The notes beneath the pieces were generated by a model that worked only from the letters and a program-made list of their open reading frames with translations, searched no databases and was not told where the DNA came from. A DNA stretch of 64,000 bases, taken from assembly GCF_035594765.1 (NCBI RefSeq), contig NC_085842.1, positions 146,705,036 through 146,769,035 of the forward strand, read 5' to 3'. Of the stretch, positions 48,168 through 60,992 are shown piece by piece. This DNA comes from Anolis carolinensis. Taxonomy: Eukaryota. Every line of letters begins with the position of its first letter. Position 1 is the stretch's first letter. A program made the translations under genes and the position numbers.

Positions 48168-49085
48168 CTGAGTGTGACATTTGAGAATTAAAGACTATGG
48201 CCTGTTCTACACTGCCATGTAATCTAGATTATCAATGCACAAAAATCCACATTATCTGCCTTGAACTGGATTATATGAGTCTACATTGCACTGTAGAAAG
48301 GGCCTATATCAAAAGACAGGGCATAAGTTCACAATCTCTGCCCTATGAGAAGACCAAAACAGCCCTGGTCTTGTCACCTTGTAAGGCAAAGAGAGCGAAA
48401 AACGTTCATGGATCTGGGAGCCAATTTTCTGTGTAGGGATTCCCAGGAGACCTGTACACATTGCCACAAATAGCAAAAATAAAACAAACACAGCTGGAAG
48501 GCCATTCTTGGTTTTTAACTATTGGACGGTTTGTGTGTGTGTCAAATTGTACTGGGGTATGGGGGCTGCAATCCATTTAAAAATATCAATTGCTTCTACA
48601 GGAGAACTTCCTGAGTGGCCATTCAGGAAAGCCCAGGGAGATAGTGTGTGTATGGGCAACAAAAATAGTGCATTCTTCCTATCCCACAAAAAGGCCTGTC
48701 TACTTGGGTATCATACACACACTGCCTGGTGCCTTTCCACTGCTACATACTGATCATAGTGGGTGGAGGTAGTTTGGTTTGAGTTTATCTCCAGTGAGAC
48801 AACGTGGGCAATATAGTGGAAATGCATAACCTCCTTCAGTGAGTGGTATGTGATTTCAGAAAACTGATCCTTCCTTCTTCCAAAGATACTTCTTCTTTTG
48901 CCTGTCCAACACAACAGCTCTTAAGGAAGGGTGTTGAAAGCTGGCTCCCATTCTTCCCACACAAGAATCTTCAGATAATTGACTCGCTAACAAAAGTCCA
49001 TCTTAGCGCTCTGGTTTTGTCCAGCTTCCAGAGTTAGGTTCAACCTACCTCTAGAGCAGAGTTTCTCAAACTGTGCTCCTCCAGA

Positions 49086-49370
49086 CAGGCCTGTAGCGAG
49101 GGGGGGGGGGTTAGGGGTTCAATCCCCCCCTCCGAAAATGTTCAGGTTATAAAAAAAACCTGGTTTACTCATGAATTTTAACTGGTTAACCAAATCCCCA
49201 TGATAGTCTATGAGACGCAAAACATTAAGAGTCCCTCCAGGCACTATCTCAAGCAGATATTGGCAGGTTTCTAGCGGGGTGTGTGTGTGTGTGTGCTAGG
49301 GGTTCATCCTCCCCCCCCCCAAAAAAAATTTCAAAACCCCTCCCGAAATTTTGTTCTGGCTACGGCCCTG
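49086..49370. mobile_element. hAT non-autonomous element
   Basis: TIRs CAGGCCTGTAGC / GCTACGGCCCTG with a perfect 8-bp TSD CCTCCAGA (49078-49085 and 49371-49378). Confidence 0.8.
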
Positions 49371-50490
49371 CCTCCAGATGTTTTGGACTTCAGCTGAGCA
49401 TCCCACAGAGGCAAGCTTCCTTGATACATTATAACTTTTCCCCTTGCTCTCCCAGTGTAGCTATTTCTGTGATAATGGAAAGGCTGCATGCCCAAGGCTT
49501 TCTGCTCCTCCTGTGCCAGGCAATACAGCCTGCAGTTTCATCTTCCACCCTTCCCCCTTTTCCATTCCCTCCCTCCTCCTCCAGGACGTCCCAATAGGAT
49601 TCAGGAAACCTCACTCAACCACAGTTCCCCCTCCTTACATTGAGTGCTGGAAACCTCAGCCTATTTACTCAGAAGCATATTTCTTGAAAGTATATTTGGC
49701 TTTGGACCTGGATTCAGAAGTGACTCCAGTTAGGAGAGTGGGTGAAATGTCAAGCCCGGCTACCTCTACTAAAGAAAAATATGATTCATTTTAAGGTCAT
49801 AATTAAAACAAAGTTTTCAAAGCTTTCTTGTATCTGAGTCTTCTCTATAATCAGGAAAGCTATATTTTTCATCACAATAAGATATACTGTAGTTAGCATA
49901 CTAGAACTATCACCCCTTCTGTGGACTCCAAGTAAATAATGCCACTCTGGTTATTGGGTGCCTTCAAGTTATTTCTGACCTTTGGCAAGCTTCAGGCAAA
50001 CCTATCACAGGATTTCCTTGACATGATTTGTTTATAAGAGGGTTCCCATTGCTTTCCACTATGGCTGAGACAGTGTGACTTGCCCAAGGTCACTCAGGGG
50101 ATTTCATGGCCAAGTGAGGAATTGAACCCTGGTCTGAAGAGTCCCAGTCCAATGCCCAAAGCACAAAGGGCCCTTCCACACAGCCCTGTATCTCAGAATA
50201 TCAAGGCAGAAAATCCCACAATATCTGCTTTGAACTGGGTTATATGAATATATCCCAGTTCAAAGCAGATAATGTGGGATTTTATTCAGCCATGTGGAAG
50301 GGGTTTAGGGGCCCAGAATATCCCAGAAAATCCCACAATATCTGCTTTGAACTCAGTTATCTGAGTCCACACTGCCATATATCCCAGTTCAAAGCAGATA
50401 CTGTGGGATTTTTTAGGTTATATGGCTATGTAGAAGGGCCCTAAGTTTCACTTTGCAGGAACGTCTGATCAAAATAACAGCACACAAAAG

Positions 50491-50964
50491 GGTTGTTGTA
50501 TGTTTTTCGGGCTGTATGGCCATGTTCCAGAAGTATTCTCTCCTGACGTTTCGCCCACATCTATGGCAGGCATCCTCAGAGGTTGTGAGGTATGGAGAAA
50601 ACTAAGCAAAGAGGTTAATATATATCTGTGCGAAGTCTAGGGTGAGAGAGGTCAGTGTGAATGTTGTAGTTAATCACCTTAATTAGCATTGAAAAACTTA
50701 TCGGCTGTCTTCTTCCTGCCTCTGGGGCATCCTTTGTTTAGAGTCGTTAACTGCCCTTGGTTGATTCATTTCTGGAAATCCTCTATTTTCAGAGTGCTGC
50801 TTTTTATTTACTGTTCTGATTTTTTAGTTTTTTAATACTGGTAGCCAGATTTTGATCATTTTCATTGTTTCCTCCTTTCTGTTGAAGTTGTCCACATGCT
50901 TGTGAATTTCAATGGCTTCTCTATGTAGTCTGACAGGATAGGTGATTAAAGCCTTCGACAACAC
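50491..50964 (-). mobile_element. Penelope-like element, truncated, with target-site duplication
   Basis: pLTR sequence containing a hammerhead motif, a short inverted tail AAAGCCTTCGACAACAC, and 14-bp TSD ACAGCACACAAAAG (50477-50490 and 50965-50978). Confidence 0.78.
50542..50582 (-). ncRNA. Minimal type I hammerhead ribozyme motif (Penelope-associated)
   Basis: The - strand reads CCT-CTGAGGA-T-GCCTGC-CATAGAT-GTGGGC-GAAA-CG-TC-AGG: stem I CCT/AGG, CUGAnGA core, 6-bp stem II with two G-U pairs, GAAA, and palindromic ACGT before the UC cleavage site. Confidence 0.7.
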
Positions 50965-51061
50965 ACAGCACACAAAAGCTTTCACAATTGTTACGGTGAC
51001 TCAAGAGCCACTCTTTTGCCTAGCAACATTACTTGTTTCCTTTCAGAAGCCTTTAGATTCA

Positions 51062-51280
51062 CACTTGCCATAGACAATAGACAAGAGTCCTTTTCCCACC
51101 CTGGACCTTTCACAGATATATAAACCCCATTTGCCTAGTTTCCAGCAGACCTCACACCCTCTGAGGATGCCTGCCTTAGATGCAGGCGAAATGTCAGGAG
51201 AGAATGCCTCTGGAACATGGCCAAACAGCCCGGAAAACTGACAGCAACCCATGATTCCGTCCATGAAAGCCTTCCGCAAC
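51062..51280 (+). mobile_element. Penelope pLTR fragment with hammerhead motif (51158-51198)
   Basis: CCT-CTGAGGA-T-GCCTGC-CTTAGAT-GCAGGC-GAAA-TGTC-AGG, with a fully Watson-Crick stem II. Confidence 0.75.
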
Positions 51281-51289
51281 ACAGGCTCC

Positions 51290-51750
51290 CACGACTCCAC
51301 CACACTGAGCCATGGCTGGAACCCAAAAGGGCGCTGACGTCACCAGCCCCCCGCTGCAGATCGCAAGGCAAAAGGGAAACGTGAGATGGCTCACCAAGTC
51401 CAGGAAACGGCCCGTGTCCCAGTCCCACCAGTGAGGGACGGTCCGCCTTTCTCCCCCAGCCTTTGTCTCCCACCTGGCGACTTCCTCTTCCAGGAGCGTT
51501 TCTACCTAAGAGCCCGAAAACTTTTCCTCCAAGTTCCAGCCGCCAGACCGCACCCCGTGCCTCACCTGCGTTACAAAGGACGCTGGGAGTTGTAGTCCTC
51601 GGGCTTCTGAAGCCGCTCCCTCGCGCCTTCGCTTCTGGTTTCATAGAAAGGAGAAGAACCTGCTTGCAAAGAGCCCGCCGGTTTCCTTCGTTCAAAGGAG
51701 CTGCTTGCGCACCGGGGAAACGCACCTCCGAGTTCTCTCCCAAAAGAATG
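51290..51750. promoter_or_regulatory. CpG-rich island, probable TMC6 promoter and non-coding first exon (possibly shared with TMC8)
   Basis: Non-repeat GC/CpG-rich tract between the divergent TMC6 and TMC8 coding starts. Full CRE palindrome TGACGTCA at 51335-51342. ZNF143/SBS-like GACTACAACTCCCAG on the - strand at 51583-51597. Minus-strand donor CAG|GTGAG with the exon ending at 51566. Confidence 0.55.
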
Positions 51751-51752
51751 AC

Positions 51753-52265
51753 TGGGTTGCTGTGAGTTTTCCGGGCCGTATGGCCATGTTCCAGAAGCAT
51801 TATCTCCTGACGTTTCACCAACATCTATGGCAGGCATCCTCAGAGGTTGTGAGGTATATTGAAAACTAGGTCAGTGGGGTTTATATATCTGTGGAAGGTC
51901 CAGGGTGTATTAAAAAAAACCTATAAAATCAGGACAGTAAATAAAGAACATCACTCAGAAAATGGGAATTCGAGGCATGAAATAATCAGGGCCAGCTAAC
52001 ACCTCCCAACAAAGGATTCCCCCAGGCAGGAATCAGCCAGGCTTTGAAGCTGCAAGGCTTTTCAATGATTAATCACAACATGCCTCCAACAGACAAGAGT
52101 TCTTTCTCCCACCCTGGACCTTCCACAGATATATAAACCCCACTAACCTAGTTTCCAATATACCTCACAACCTCTGTGGATGTCTGCCGTAGATATGGGC
52201 GAAACGTCAGGAGAGAATACTTCTGGAACATGGCCATAAAGCCTGAAAAAATCATAGCAATCCAG
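51753..52265. mobile_element. Penelope-like element with inverted pLTR arrangement; hammerhead motifs at 51806-51846 (-) and 52171-52211 (+, mutated core)
   Basis: 51753-51908 is the reverse complement of about 52110-52263, the inverted-pLTR structure typical of Penelope insertions. Confidence 0.78.
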
Positions 52266-52382
52266 CAAACACATTTTTACACTCTACTTTCTCTCTTTGA
52301 TGATTGGGGAACCTGAATGTTAAAATTTTATGCAAATAATAACCAAAGCTGAGGAAAACATATATAGGTGTTTGTATTGTCT

Positions 52383-52695
52383 CAGTATCCCTTCTCTGAA
52401 ATGCTTGAGACCAAAAGTGTTTGGGATCTTGGATTTCCAGCCCCTAAACGTTGGAATACCTGCATTTGCATATACTGTACTTACATTATGAGATATCTTG
52501 GAGAACAGATCCAAGTCTGGCTATGAAATTCATTTCTGTTTCATATACACTTCGTACACACAGCTTAGAGATAATTTTATACAATATTGTTAATTGTCTC
52601 TGAAATAAAGTTTGTGCATATCAAAAAGCAAGGATGTTACTCTCTCAGTCACCTATATGAACAATTTTAGATTGTGGAATATCAGATATCAACTT
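52383..52695. mobile_element. Old Tigger/pogo-like MITE
   Basis: AGTATCCCTTCTCTGAAATGCTTGAGACCAAAAGTGTTT resembles Tigger4/MER46-type ends. Related sequence at about 56985-57595. Confidence 0.5.
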
Positions 52696-52929
52696 GCTTG
52701 TATAGTCCATCTTCAGGTGTCTTTACGTTTCATATGCTGTAAAGAACATGGCAATATGTTTCTTCCAGAGCTTGATATTTTTAGACTATAATTCTTCCAG
52801 AATCATCAAAGGCTTTCATGGCCGGAATCACTGGGTTGCTGTGAGTTTTCTGGGCTGTATGGCCATGTTCCAGAAGCATTATCTCCTGACGTTTTACCCA
52901 CTTCAGTGGTAGGCATCCTCAGAGGCTGT

Positions 52930-54300
52930 CATCAGTGATGGACTGGATGAGGGCCAACAAACTGAAACTAAATCCAGACAAGAATGCTGGTCAGTCGTAA
53001 GGCGGATCAGGGTGTGGGATTACAACCTGTGTTGGATGGGGTCTCACTCCCCCTGAAGACACAGGTTCGCAGTCTGGGGGTGCTCCTGGACTCATCGTTG
53101 ACTCTGGAACCCCAGGTGTCGGTGGTGGCCAGGAGCGCCTTTGCACAGCTAAAACTTGTGCACCAGCTGCGCCCATACCTTGAGATGCCGGACTTGGCCA
53201 TGGTAGTCCACACCTTAGTAACATCCCGTTTGGAATACTGCAACGCTCTCTACGTGGGGCTGCCTTTGAAAATAGTTCAGAAACTACAGCTAGTTCAGCA
53301 ATCATAGAATCATAGAATAGTAGAGTTGGAAGAGACCTCATGGGCCATCCAGTCCAACCCCCTGCCAAGAAGCAGGTAGGTTACTAACTGGAACCCCGTA
53401 CAGGGAGAGAACCACTCCCATGTTGCGGCAGCTCCACTAGCTGCCAGTCCGTTTCGAAGCTAAATACAAAGTGCTGGTCGTTACCTATAAAGCCTAAACG
53501 GCTGAGGTCCAGGCTATTTGTCAAATCGCATCTCCCTGTATAGACCATCTCGGGCACTTTGGTCAGTGGAGAAGGCCCTGCTCTCAGTCCCACCCCCGAC
53601 ACAAGCGTGGCTGGTTTTTTTTTTCTTCTTCTTCCTGTCAGGAGCAACCGGAGTTGCTTCTGGAGTGAGAGAATTGGCCGTCTGCAAGGACATTGCCCAG
53701 GGGACGCCCAGATGTTTTTTTCTCTATGTTTTACCATCCTTGTGGGAGGCTTCTCTCATGTAACCGCATGGAGCTGGAGCTGATAGAGGGAGCTCATCCG
53801 CGCTCTCCCCGGGTGAGATTCGAACCTGGCAGCCTTCAGGTCAGCAACCCAACCTTCAAGTCACAAGGCTTTTATCCCCTAGGCCACCAGAGGCTCCAGC
53901 GCGGCTGGTGGGAACAAGAGAGGGGGCCTTCTCCGTGCTCGCCCCTCCATCTCTGGAACTCCCTCCCTAAAGAAATTAAAATGCCCCCCACCCTCCTCTC
54001 CTTTAAGAAACTGTTAAAGACACATCTATGCACCTTAGCATACGGAGAGGAGGAGGACTAACATAACTGCCACCCCATAGCAGCTATGGTCTAAGTGAAA
54101 GTAAAACAAGGACTGACTGTCATGTTTAAATTTATTGTTTTTCTAATGTGGAATTTTATTATAATGTGTATGTTATTGTCATTTTATACTTTTAATATTA
54201 ATGAAGAAATTGTGGCATTGAATGTTTGCCGTTTATATCTACGTTAACCGCCCTGAGTCCCTCGGGAGAGAGGGTGGTCTAGAAATATAGTTTTATTATT
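52930..54300 (+). mobile_element. L2 LINE 3' portion (ORF2 C-terminus, pseudogenised), interrupted by a CR1 3' tail (53301-53376, -) and a SINE (53616-53897, -)
   Basis: WMRANKLKLNPDK...VRSLGVLLDSSLTLEPQV...LVTSRLEYCNALYVGLP...KLQLVQ is the L2 post-RT signature. The CR1 piece has an (ATTCTATG)n-type tail. The SINE has TSD AGCGTGGCTGGT/AGCGCGGCTGGT (53604-53615 and 53898-53909). Confidence 0.85.
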
Positions 54301-56007
54301 GTTGTTGCTGTTGTTGTTGTTGTTGTTGTTGTTGTGAGGTACTTCACAATCTCTGAGGATGTCTGCCATAGATGTGGGTGAAATGTCAGGAGAGAATTCT
54401 TCTGGAACATGGCTATACAGTCCAAAAAATCTTCCAGAATCCTTTACTCAGCGGAGCTATTGGCTGAAGGATTCTGGGACAAGTTATTCCCAAATCTTGA
54501 CATTTTCTCAAAAAGCTAAGACCTTTAAAGAGCTGTTGTCATATAGTGCACCTACAGTTTAAAAATAATGCAGTGTGATGCCACTTGTGAGATGGTCTTT
54601 AAGCTTCTCTGTCAAATACTTCTTCTAGTGCCTCATGGAGCTGCAGCTCCCTTGATTCCACAGTGTTGCTTCATGGCAATTAAAGTGGTGTTAACCTGCA
54701 TTAATTCTATAATATAGATGTACCCACAAGACAGGATATATGGACAAAACATCTCTCTTACTGCAGATAATTTTCAATTTGCTATTTCTCTATGTCCCAC
54801 ACCATGTAAAACAGGGTGATACTTACAGATAAATATTGCAACACACTTCCTACGTACCCTGACTACTTGCACTTCAGGAAATGGCCTGTTCCTGTCACAT
54901 GGGGTTGCCTTCACCATCCCTTCGTACAAGTAATGAAAATCCACAGTTGGGCTGAATAGACTGTACTTCAGTCCCCTCGCCCCTGAAAGAGCCTTATTGC
55001 CAGAATAACTCTCAGGGGTAACCTGTCATATTTTGAGGCTGTGGGAATTCACGACAAAGGAGCTAAAATATTGAGGGTTGAGTTATTTTTTTCCTCCAAA
55101 GTCAAACTGAAATTAATTGCTGTGCCAGCAGACAAATTGGGAGGAATCATTTCTGCCCCTTTGTGTGGCTGAAATAGTATGGCTGTGTGAGGGTGACAGT
55201 GGGAGGAACCCTTTATCACAGGCTCACATATGTATGTAAAAATTATCAGATAGGTAATAGCCAGCTGGAGAGAAAAGGAAATGAAAATGGAGCAACATGT
55301 GGCAATAACACTGTTTCTCTTTTCTCAGAGCTGACTGTATGGCGGGTTGACCAGAGGCACTCTCGGGTCGGAAGTTCTCCATGAAAACAAGAGCCAGAAC
55401 AGCAGAGCGGCTCCCGGAGAATGCAACTTCCTTCCAAGTGGTATGTAATATCTGTTAGCCAGTTCAGCAAAGGCATCAAGTAACCTTAAATATGTTATTG
55501 TAACTGCAATTCCTCCTTATACTAAAGTTTACTCCAAGTTGCTTTTTTCAGCTTGAAAATATTTATTAAAAATATCCAAAAAGCAAACCTTGATTTTGCC
55601 ATTTTATATGCTTTCTTACAACACCATTGTATATGATGGCATTGAGCATCTGTAGATTTTGTTTTCATGGACGCTCTTGGAACCAAATCCCAACAGATAA
55701 CAAAGATCCTGCTGCAATTTGGGGCTGTTCTTATTCTCAGCTAAAATAACGGAGAGATAAGGCTGCAGTAGTAGAGACTCAAAGGCAGTTGTGAGCCATT
55801 AATAGATAACATTTGAGGTAAAAAAGGCATCTCGGATCCGAGATGGATAGTGAAGCTGGTGCTTGAATGTGAATTCCTAGCATCACTGGTTATGGATCTT
55901 GGGAGTTATGATGCCTATAATCTGAAGAGTAGATTATATGGCCTAACTATTCCTATCACCAAACATTCCAGACCTGTTCCGCCTTGTTGTTTCAGGTCCC
56001 TGAAGTG

Positions 56008-57191
56008 ATGGATGACACACAGAAACTGCAGTACAGACTTGCCCAGCATGACACTCTCTCTGTCTGCTCAGACTCCAGCCTGGAACTTGCCCTGGAGCAG
56101 CTGGATATCCAAGAGTCACATCTCAAGGCCCTGCCCTACCCTATGAGGAAGAAACAAGCCCTCAGGTCAGGAGCAAGATCATAATTACTTTCATACAGAC
56201 TTATTGTATGAAATGAGGCATCATGGCTCATAGTAATAGGTTTAAAAAAACAAAAAACAAAGTAGATTAGTACAGGCCACGTTCAGTTAAAGGTTCTTTT
56301 TCTCATGCAGTTGTCCCTGCTCCATTCAATGAATTTCACAAGTTGTCCAGATACTGCCTTATCTAACTTCTTAAACTACATGCATTTTGCTACTTACTGT
56401 TGCTGGAATCATTTTTTAACCATAGAAAATCCATTAAAGGGAGAATATATGAACTAGTGCCAGAATATTTTTGACTGATAGTGCTTAAAGCCTGTAAACA
56501 CCCACAAAGAATTTGGCAGGAAAAGTGTGCCAGTTTTCTTAATATAATCAGTAGGAAAGGTTGTGTTTTTCTGTCTCTGCTGTAGATTGTGAGTTGTAGC
56601 TACAAGATTGATATTTGATCATCTTGCATTGTTTTAGCTTAGGTCTGTAATTCTTTCAGTGGCACTGCAGTCAGAAACCTTGAGCCACTGAAATCAGATA
56701 CATTGCAGGCAGGCCCTCAGCCAGGATTTTGATTGGGGGGGGGGGGGGGGGTTGCTGGGATTTTGCTTCAGGGCGGGCTGAGTCTGGGTAGGCAGAGGAT
56801 CTACCCTAGCAAACCTTTCGTATTGTTATCCCAATACCCCCATGCATATGGGATATAGTGAGCATGGTGATCAGATCATGATATGAATAAACATAACAGT
56901 TTAAATAATACCAGTAAGGCCTTCTCGCCAACCACACTGAGAATTTCGGGGGGGGGGGGGGGGGGCTGAAGCACAAAATTATTATAGATACTGTTTAAAA
57001 TTACCTTCAGGCTACGTATATAAGGTGCATAAAAAACAGAAATGAATTTCGTTTTTAGACTCAAGTGTAATCTCTAATATAACTCATTATGTACGTGCAT
57101 GTAAATACAGGTATTCCAAAATCCAATAATAAGTGTTCGACTTGTGATTTTGTGATACGAAATCCAGCATATCTATCTTGTTTGCTGTGTC

Positions 57192-57241
<50 letters not shown>

Positions 57242-57480
57242 TGGTTCCAGTCATGATTGGCACGCTGGCTGCCCTGCCTAAAGACCTTGGCCAGCACTTA
57301 AAGACAATTGATGCTGACAAAATTACTATCTGTCAGCTGCAGAAGGCCACCCTACTCAGATCTGCCCGCATTATTCGCCAATACATCACATAGTCCTAGA
57401 CACTTGGGAAGTGTCAGACGTGTGATCCAATAGAACAGGCAGCCTAGTGGTCTTGTTTGCTGTGTACTAATCTTGTTGTT

Positions 57481-57539
<59 letters not shown>

Positions 57540-60500
57540 TCACAATTCAAAAAACTTGTGGTACCAAGCATTTTGGACAACGGATACTCAGCCTGTGCCC
57601 CCAGTGGACAAGGGAATAAAACTGTAGGACTGAGAACCAAAATGTTTCGAAGTGCAAATGTTTCCCATTCCTGTTATTGTAATGTCCTGTACACTTCTAG
57701 AACATGGCCATACAGCCCGGAAAACATACAACAACCCTGTGATCCCGGCCATGAAAGCCTTCGACAACACCTGTACATAATGTTTTCTTGGCAAGATTTC
57801 TTCAGAAAGTGTTTGCTGTTACCTTCCTCTGAGGCTGAGATTGTCGTTCAACACTAAAACTGCTACATTATCATCATGTTAGTTCACTGTATGACTTACA
57901 AAAATAATCCCCACAAATCCTCTTTTTCTTGTTGAGAAAAGATACCTCGAGAAGTCACATGTTTTGACATGTCAACAAATCCATGTGCAAAAACCACTGT
58001 GAGAAAGAGAAGCAAGCTGCCCATCTAGTGCTCTCCTTTTAAAAACAAAGTAGCAGCAAAAGGTTTTTCTGTTATTTTAAGTTCTTCATTCTGCAAAAGC
58101 CCTTCACACAAAGAAGGAGGGGTTGGAAATCTGGAAAAAATGTATATTTTTTCCAGAATTTCATCCAGCAGGGAGAAAAATTTTGAAATGGTTCAGATGA
58201 AAATGAATCAAGTAAAGATTTAAATCCTTAATATGCTGTCTCTATTGGGGTCATGTATGTGGCAATCCTCAACCAGAGCATGGGCTGGAATATTACTTAT
58301 TTATTTCTTTATTTACTTTATACCCTTTAGCCACCTTAACCCTTCCTCCCTGAGGAAACTCAAAGTGACTAACAGTCACCCTTTGATCAATTTAAAACAA
58401 AGCAAATACAAAAATTAAAAAATAAGCAAGAGTGTACGTGTTAGATTAAAAATAGAATTAAAATACAATAAATACAATTAAAATGCATTTTAAAACACTC
58501 AATTCCTCCCTCCACAAAATCCGACCCACAACCTCCCCAGCAACGTGCTCTTTATCCCCTTATATATGATATTGTCGTAAGCATTACAGATGTAATTACA
58601 GCCACAGCTCCTTGCAGAAAGCAACTCAGAGCATCCACTGGAAGAAATGTGTCCAACTGGGTAGCCTTAAAACAAAGACAATACAGGATCCAGAAGCAGC
58701 TTCAAGAAGGCATTTCGGACTTTTCCAGAATCTTCCGGCTCTGGAGGGTTTCTCTGGATGACATTGAAGGTAAGCAGAGAATGGTTTTCAGCACCATAAG
58801 CAGGAAATATCACTGGTATAATGCATATCATCCAGCTGTCCTGACTTGGCAGAGGCCATGCCAATTAGAAATGCTTTAGAAATGCCGTAGTTTCTTCCTG
58901 CTTCCCTTTTTTCCCCCTTTGCCCTGGACTCACTTCAGGTGGTGAAGAGATCAATGCAAAAATAATTGCACTCAATTAATAGAGTAGAAGGGAGAGGCAA
59001 AATCTTACTCTTCCCAAAAGGCTCAGGCTCAAGGAAACCACTGCAGCTTCTGCTGAGTAATCCGCTGTACCTTGTTAAATGCCTTTTGCCATCTTGACCA
59101 AATCTAAATGGATTTGGCCACATGTATACTATACTATCTCTGAAATGTTGCAAGGTAAGATGTTGTCTGGGTTCAAGACAATGCCAACAATTTATTTATG
59201 GCCGAAGACATCGGATAGAAAAGCTCTCTGTTTTAAGAAGGAAATTGATTTTATAATACTGGCTGAAAAAATAACCTATCTAACCATTAGTCAGGTTGAT
59301 ACGGAGCAAGGGAGACCTCTGGAGGCTGTTTGGCTGGCTGCAAAGATTATTGGGAGGGAAAATTGTACCCTAATTTTGTGTAATAATAAAATCCCTACTC
59401 CAAAGTAGTAGGATCCCACCTTTGCGCAACTCTGTGGATATCATTTGTGTTATGTTGCATCCAGAGTTGTAGATTGATAGTGAAGGGAAGGGAGGCATGT
59501 GGTGTTTAAGGAAAACTACCCCTTTCTCCACAAAAAATATATGTTTTAAAATTCACAGAAGCCTATATTTGCCCACCAGTGACTGAAACTGAACTAGACT
59601 CATAGAATCATAGAGCTGAAAGAGACCTCATGGCCCATCCAGTCCAACCCCTTTCTGCCAAGAAGCAGGAAAATCACATTCAAAGCATCCCTGACAGATA
59701 GCCATCCAGCCTCTGTTTAAAAGCCTCCAAAAAGGAGCCTTCACCACACTAAATAAAATGGTTAACAGAAACAGACAAAATCCTCAAACTGGTTGGATTG
59801 AAAGTCACCAAAGGTGCATCTATACTATGGAATTATTGCAGTTTGACACCACTTTAACTTTTGTGGCTCAATGATATGGAGTCCTGGAATTTGTAGTTTG
59901 TTGAGGCACCACCAGTCTTTGGCAGAGAAGTCAAGAGAATGAAGTTGGCAGCATAAGCTTTAGTAGGCTCAATCAACTTCTTCTGAGTTTGCATCTGAAG
60001 AAATAAAACTGGATCTACACTGCCCTATATCCTACCCTGTTTCCATGAAAATAAGACATCCCCAGAAAATAAGACCTAGTAGAGGTTTTGCTGAATTGCT
60101 AAATATAAGGCCTCCCCTGAAAGTAAGACCTAGCAAAGTTTTTGTTTAGAAGCAGGCAGGATTGGTAAATGTACATTCCATACCGTGTTTCCCCGAAAAT
60201 AAGACAGTGTCTTATATTATTTTTTACTCCCAAAGAAGTGCTAGGTCTTATTTTCAGTGGATGTCTTATTTTTCCATGAAGAAGAATTCACATTTATTGT
60301 TGAACAAAAAATGAACATTTATTCTATACTGTACAGTACTTGTCATCACAAACCAATACAGTAGAGTCTCACTTATCCAACATTCGCTTATCCAACGCAT
60401 TTTTGTAATCAATGTTTTCAATACATCGTGATATTTTGGTACTAAATTCATAAATACAGTAATTACTACGTAGCATTACTACCTATTGAATTACTTTTTC

Positions 60501-60949
60501 TGTCAAATTTGTTGTATAACATGATGTTTTGGTGTTTAATTTGTAAAATCATAACCTAATTTGATGTTTAATAGGCTTCTCCTTAATCTCTCCTTATTAT
60601 CCAGCATATTCACTTATCCAACATTCTGCCGGCCCGTTTGTTGGATAAGTGAGACTCTACTGTATAACCAAACCAGACCAACTGTGACCTTTGTCAAGAA
60701 TTTCTTGTTACTACCATTATTTCCATATACAACTGGTATGTACATTTACCAATCCTGCATGCTATGGTGTTTTGTTTGGTGGGTGCCGGGCATGCTTCCA
60801 AACAAAAACTTTGCTAGGTCTTACTTTCGGGGAAGGCCTTATATTTAGCAATTCAGCAAAACCTCTACTAGGTCTTATTTTTTGGGGATGTCTTATTTTA
60901 GGGGAAACAGGGTAGATTGTTGTACATGGAAATAAAGGTAGTAACAAGA

Positions 60950-60992
<43 letters not shown>

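Noticed and set aside
51135-51824. Longest ORF in the track (229 aa, - strand) as a novel gene
   Set aside because: It spans two Penelope fragments and a GC-rich island where stops are naturally rare. It has no recognisable domain and a non-ATG start.
52984-53307. 107-aa ORF as a host gene or active LINE
   Set aside because: It is an L2 ORF2 fragment, 5'-truncated, frameshifted and interrupted by CR1 and SINE insertions.
57087-57543. Poly-Tyr ORFs (also 60762-61076)
   Set aside because: These are translations of (TAA)n or (TAT)n microsatellites.
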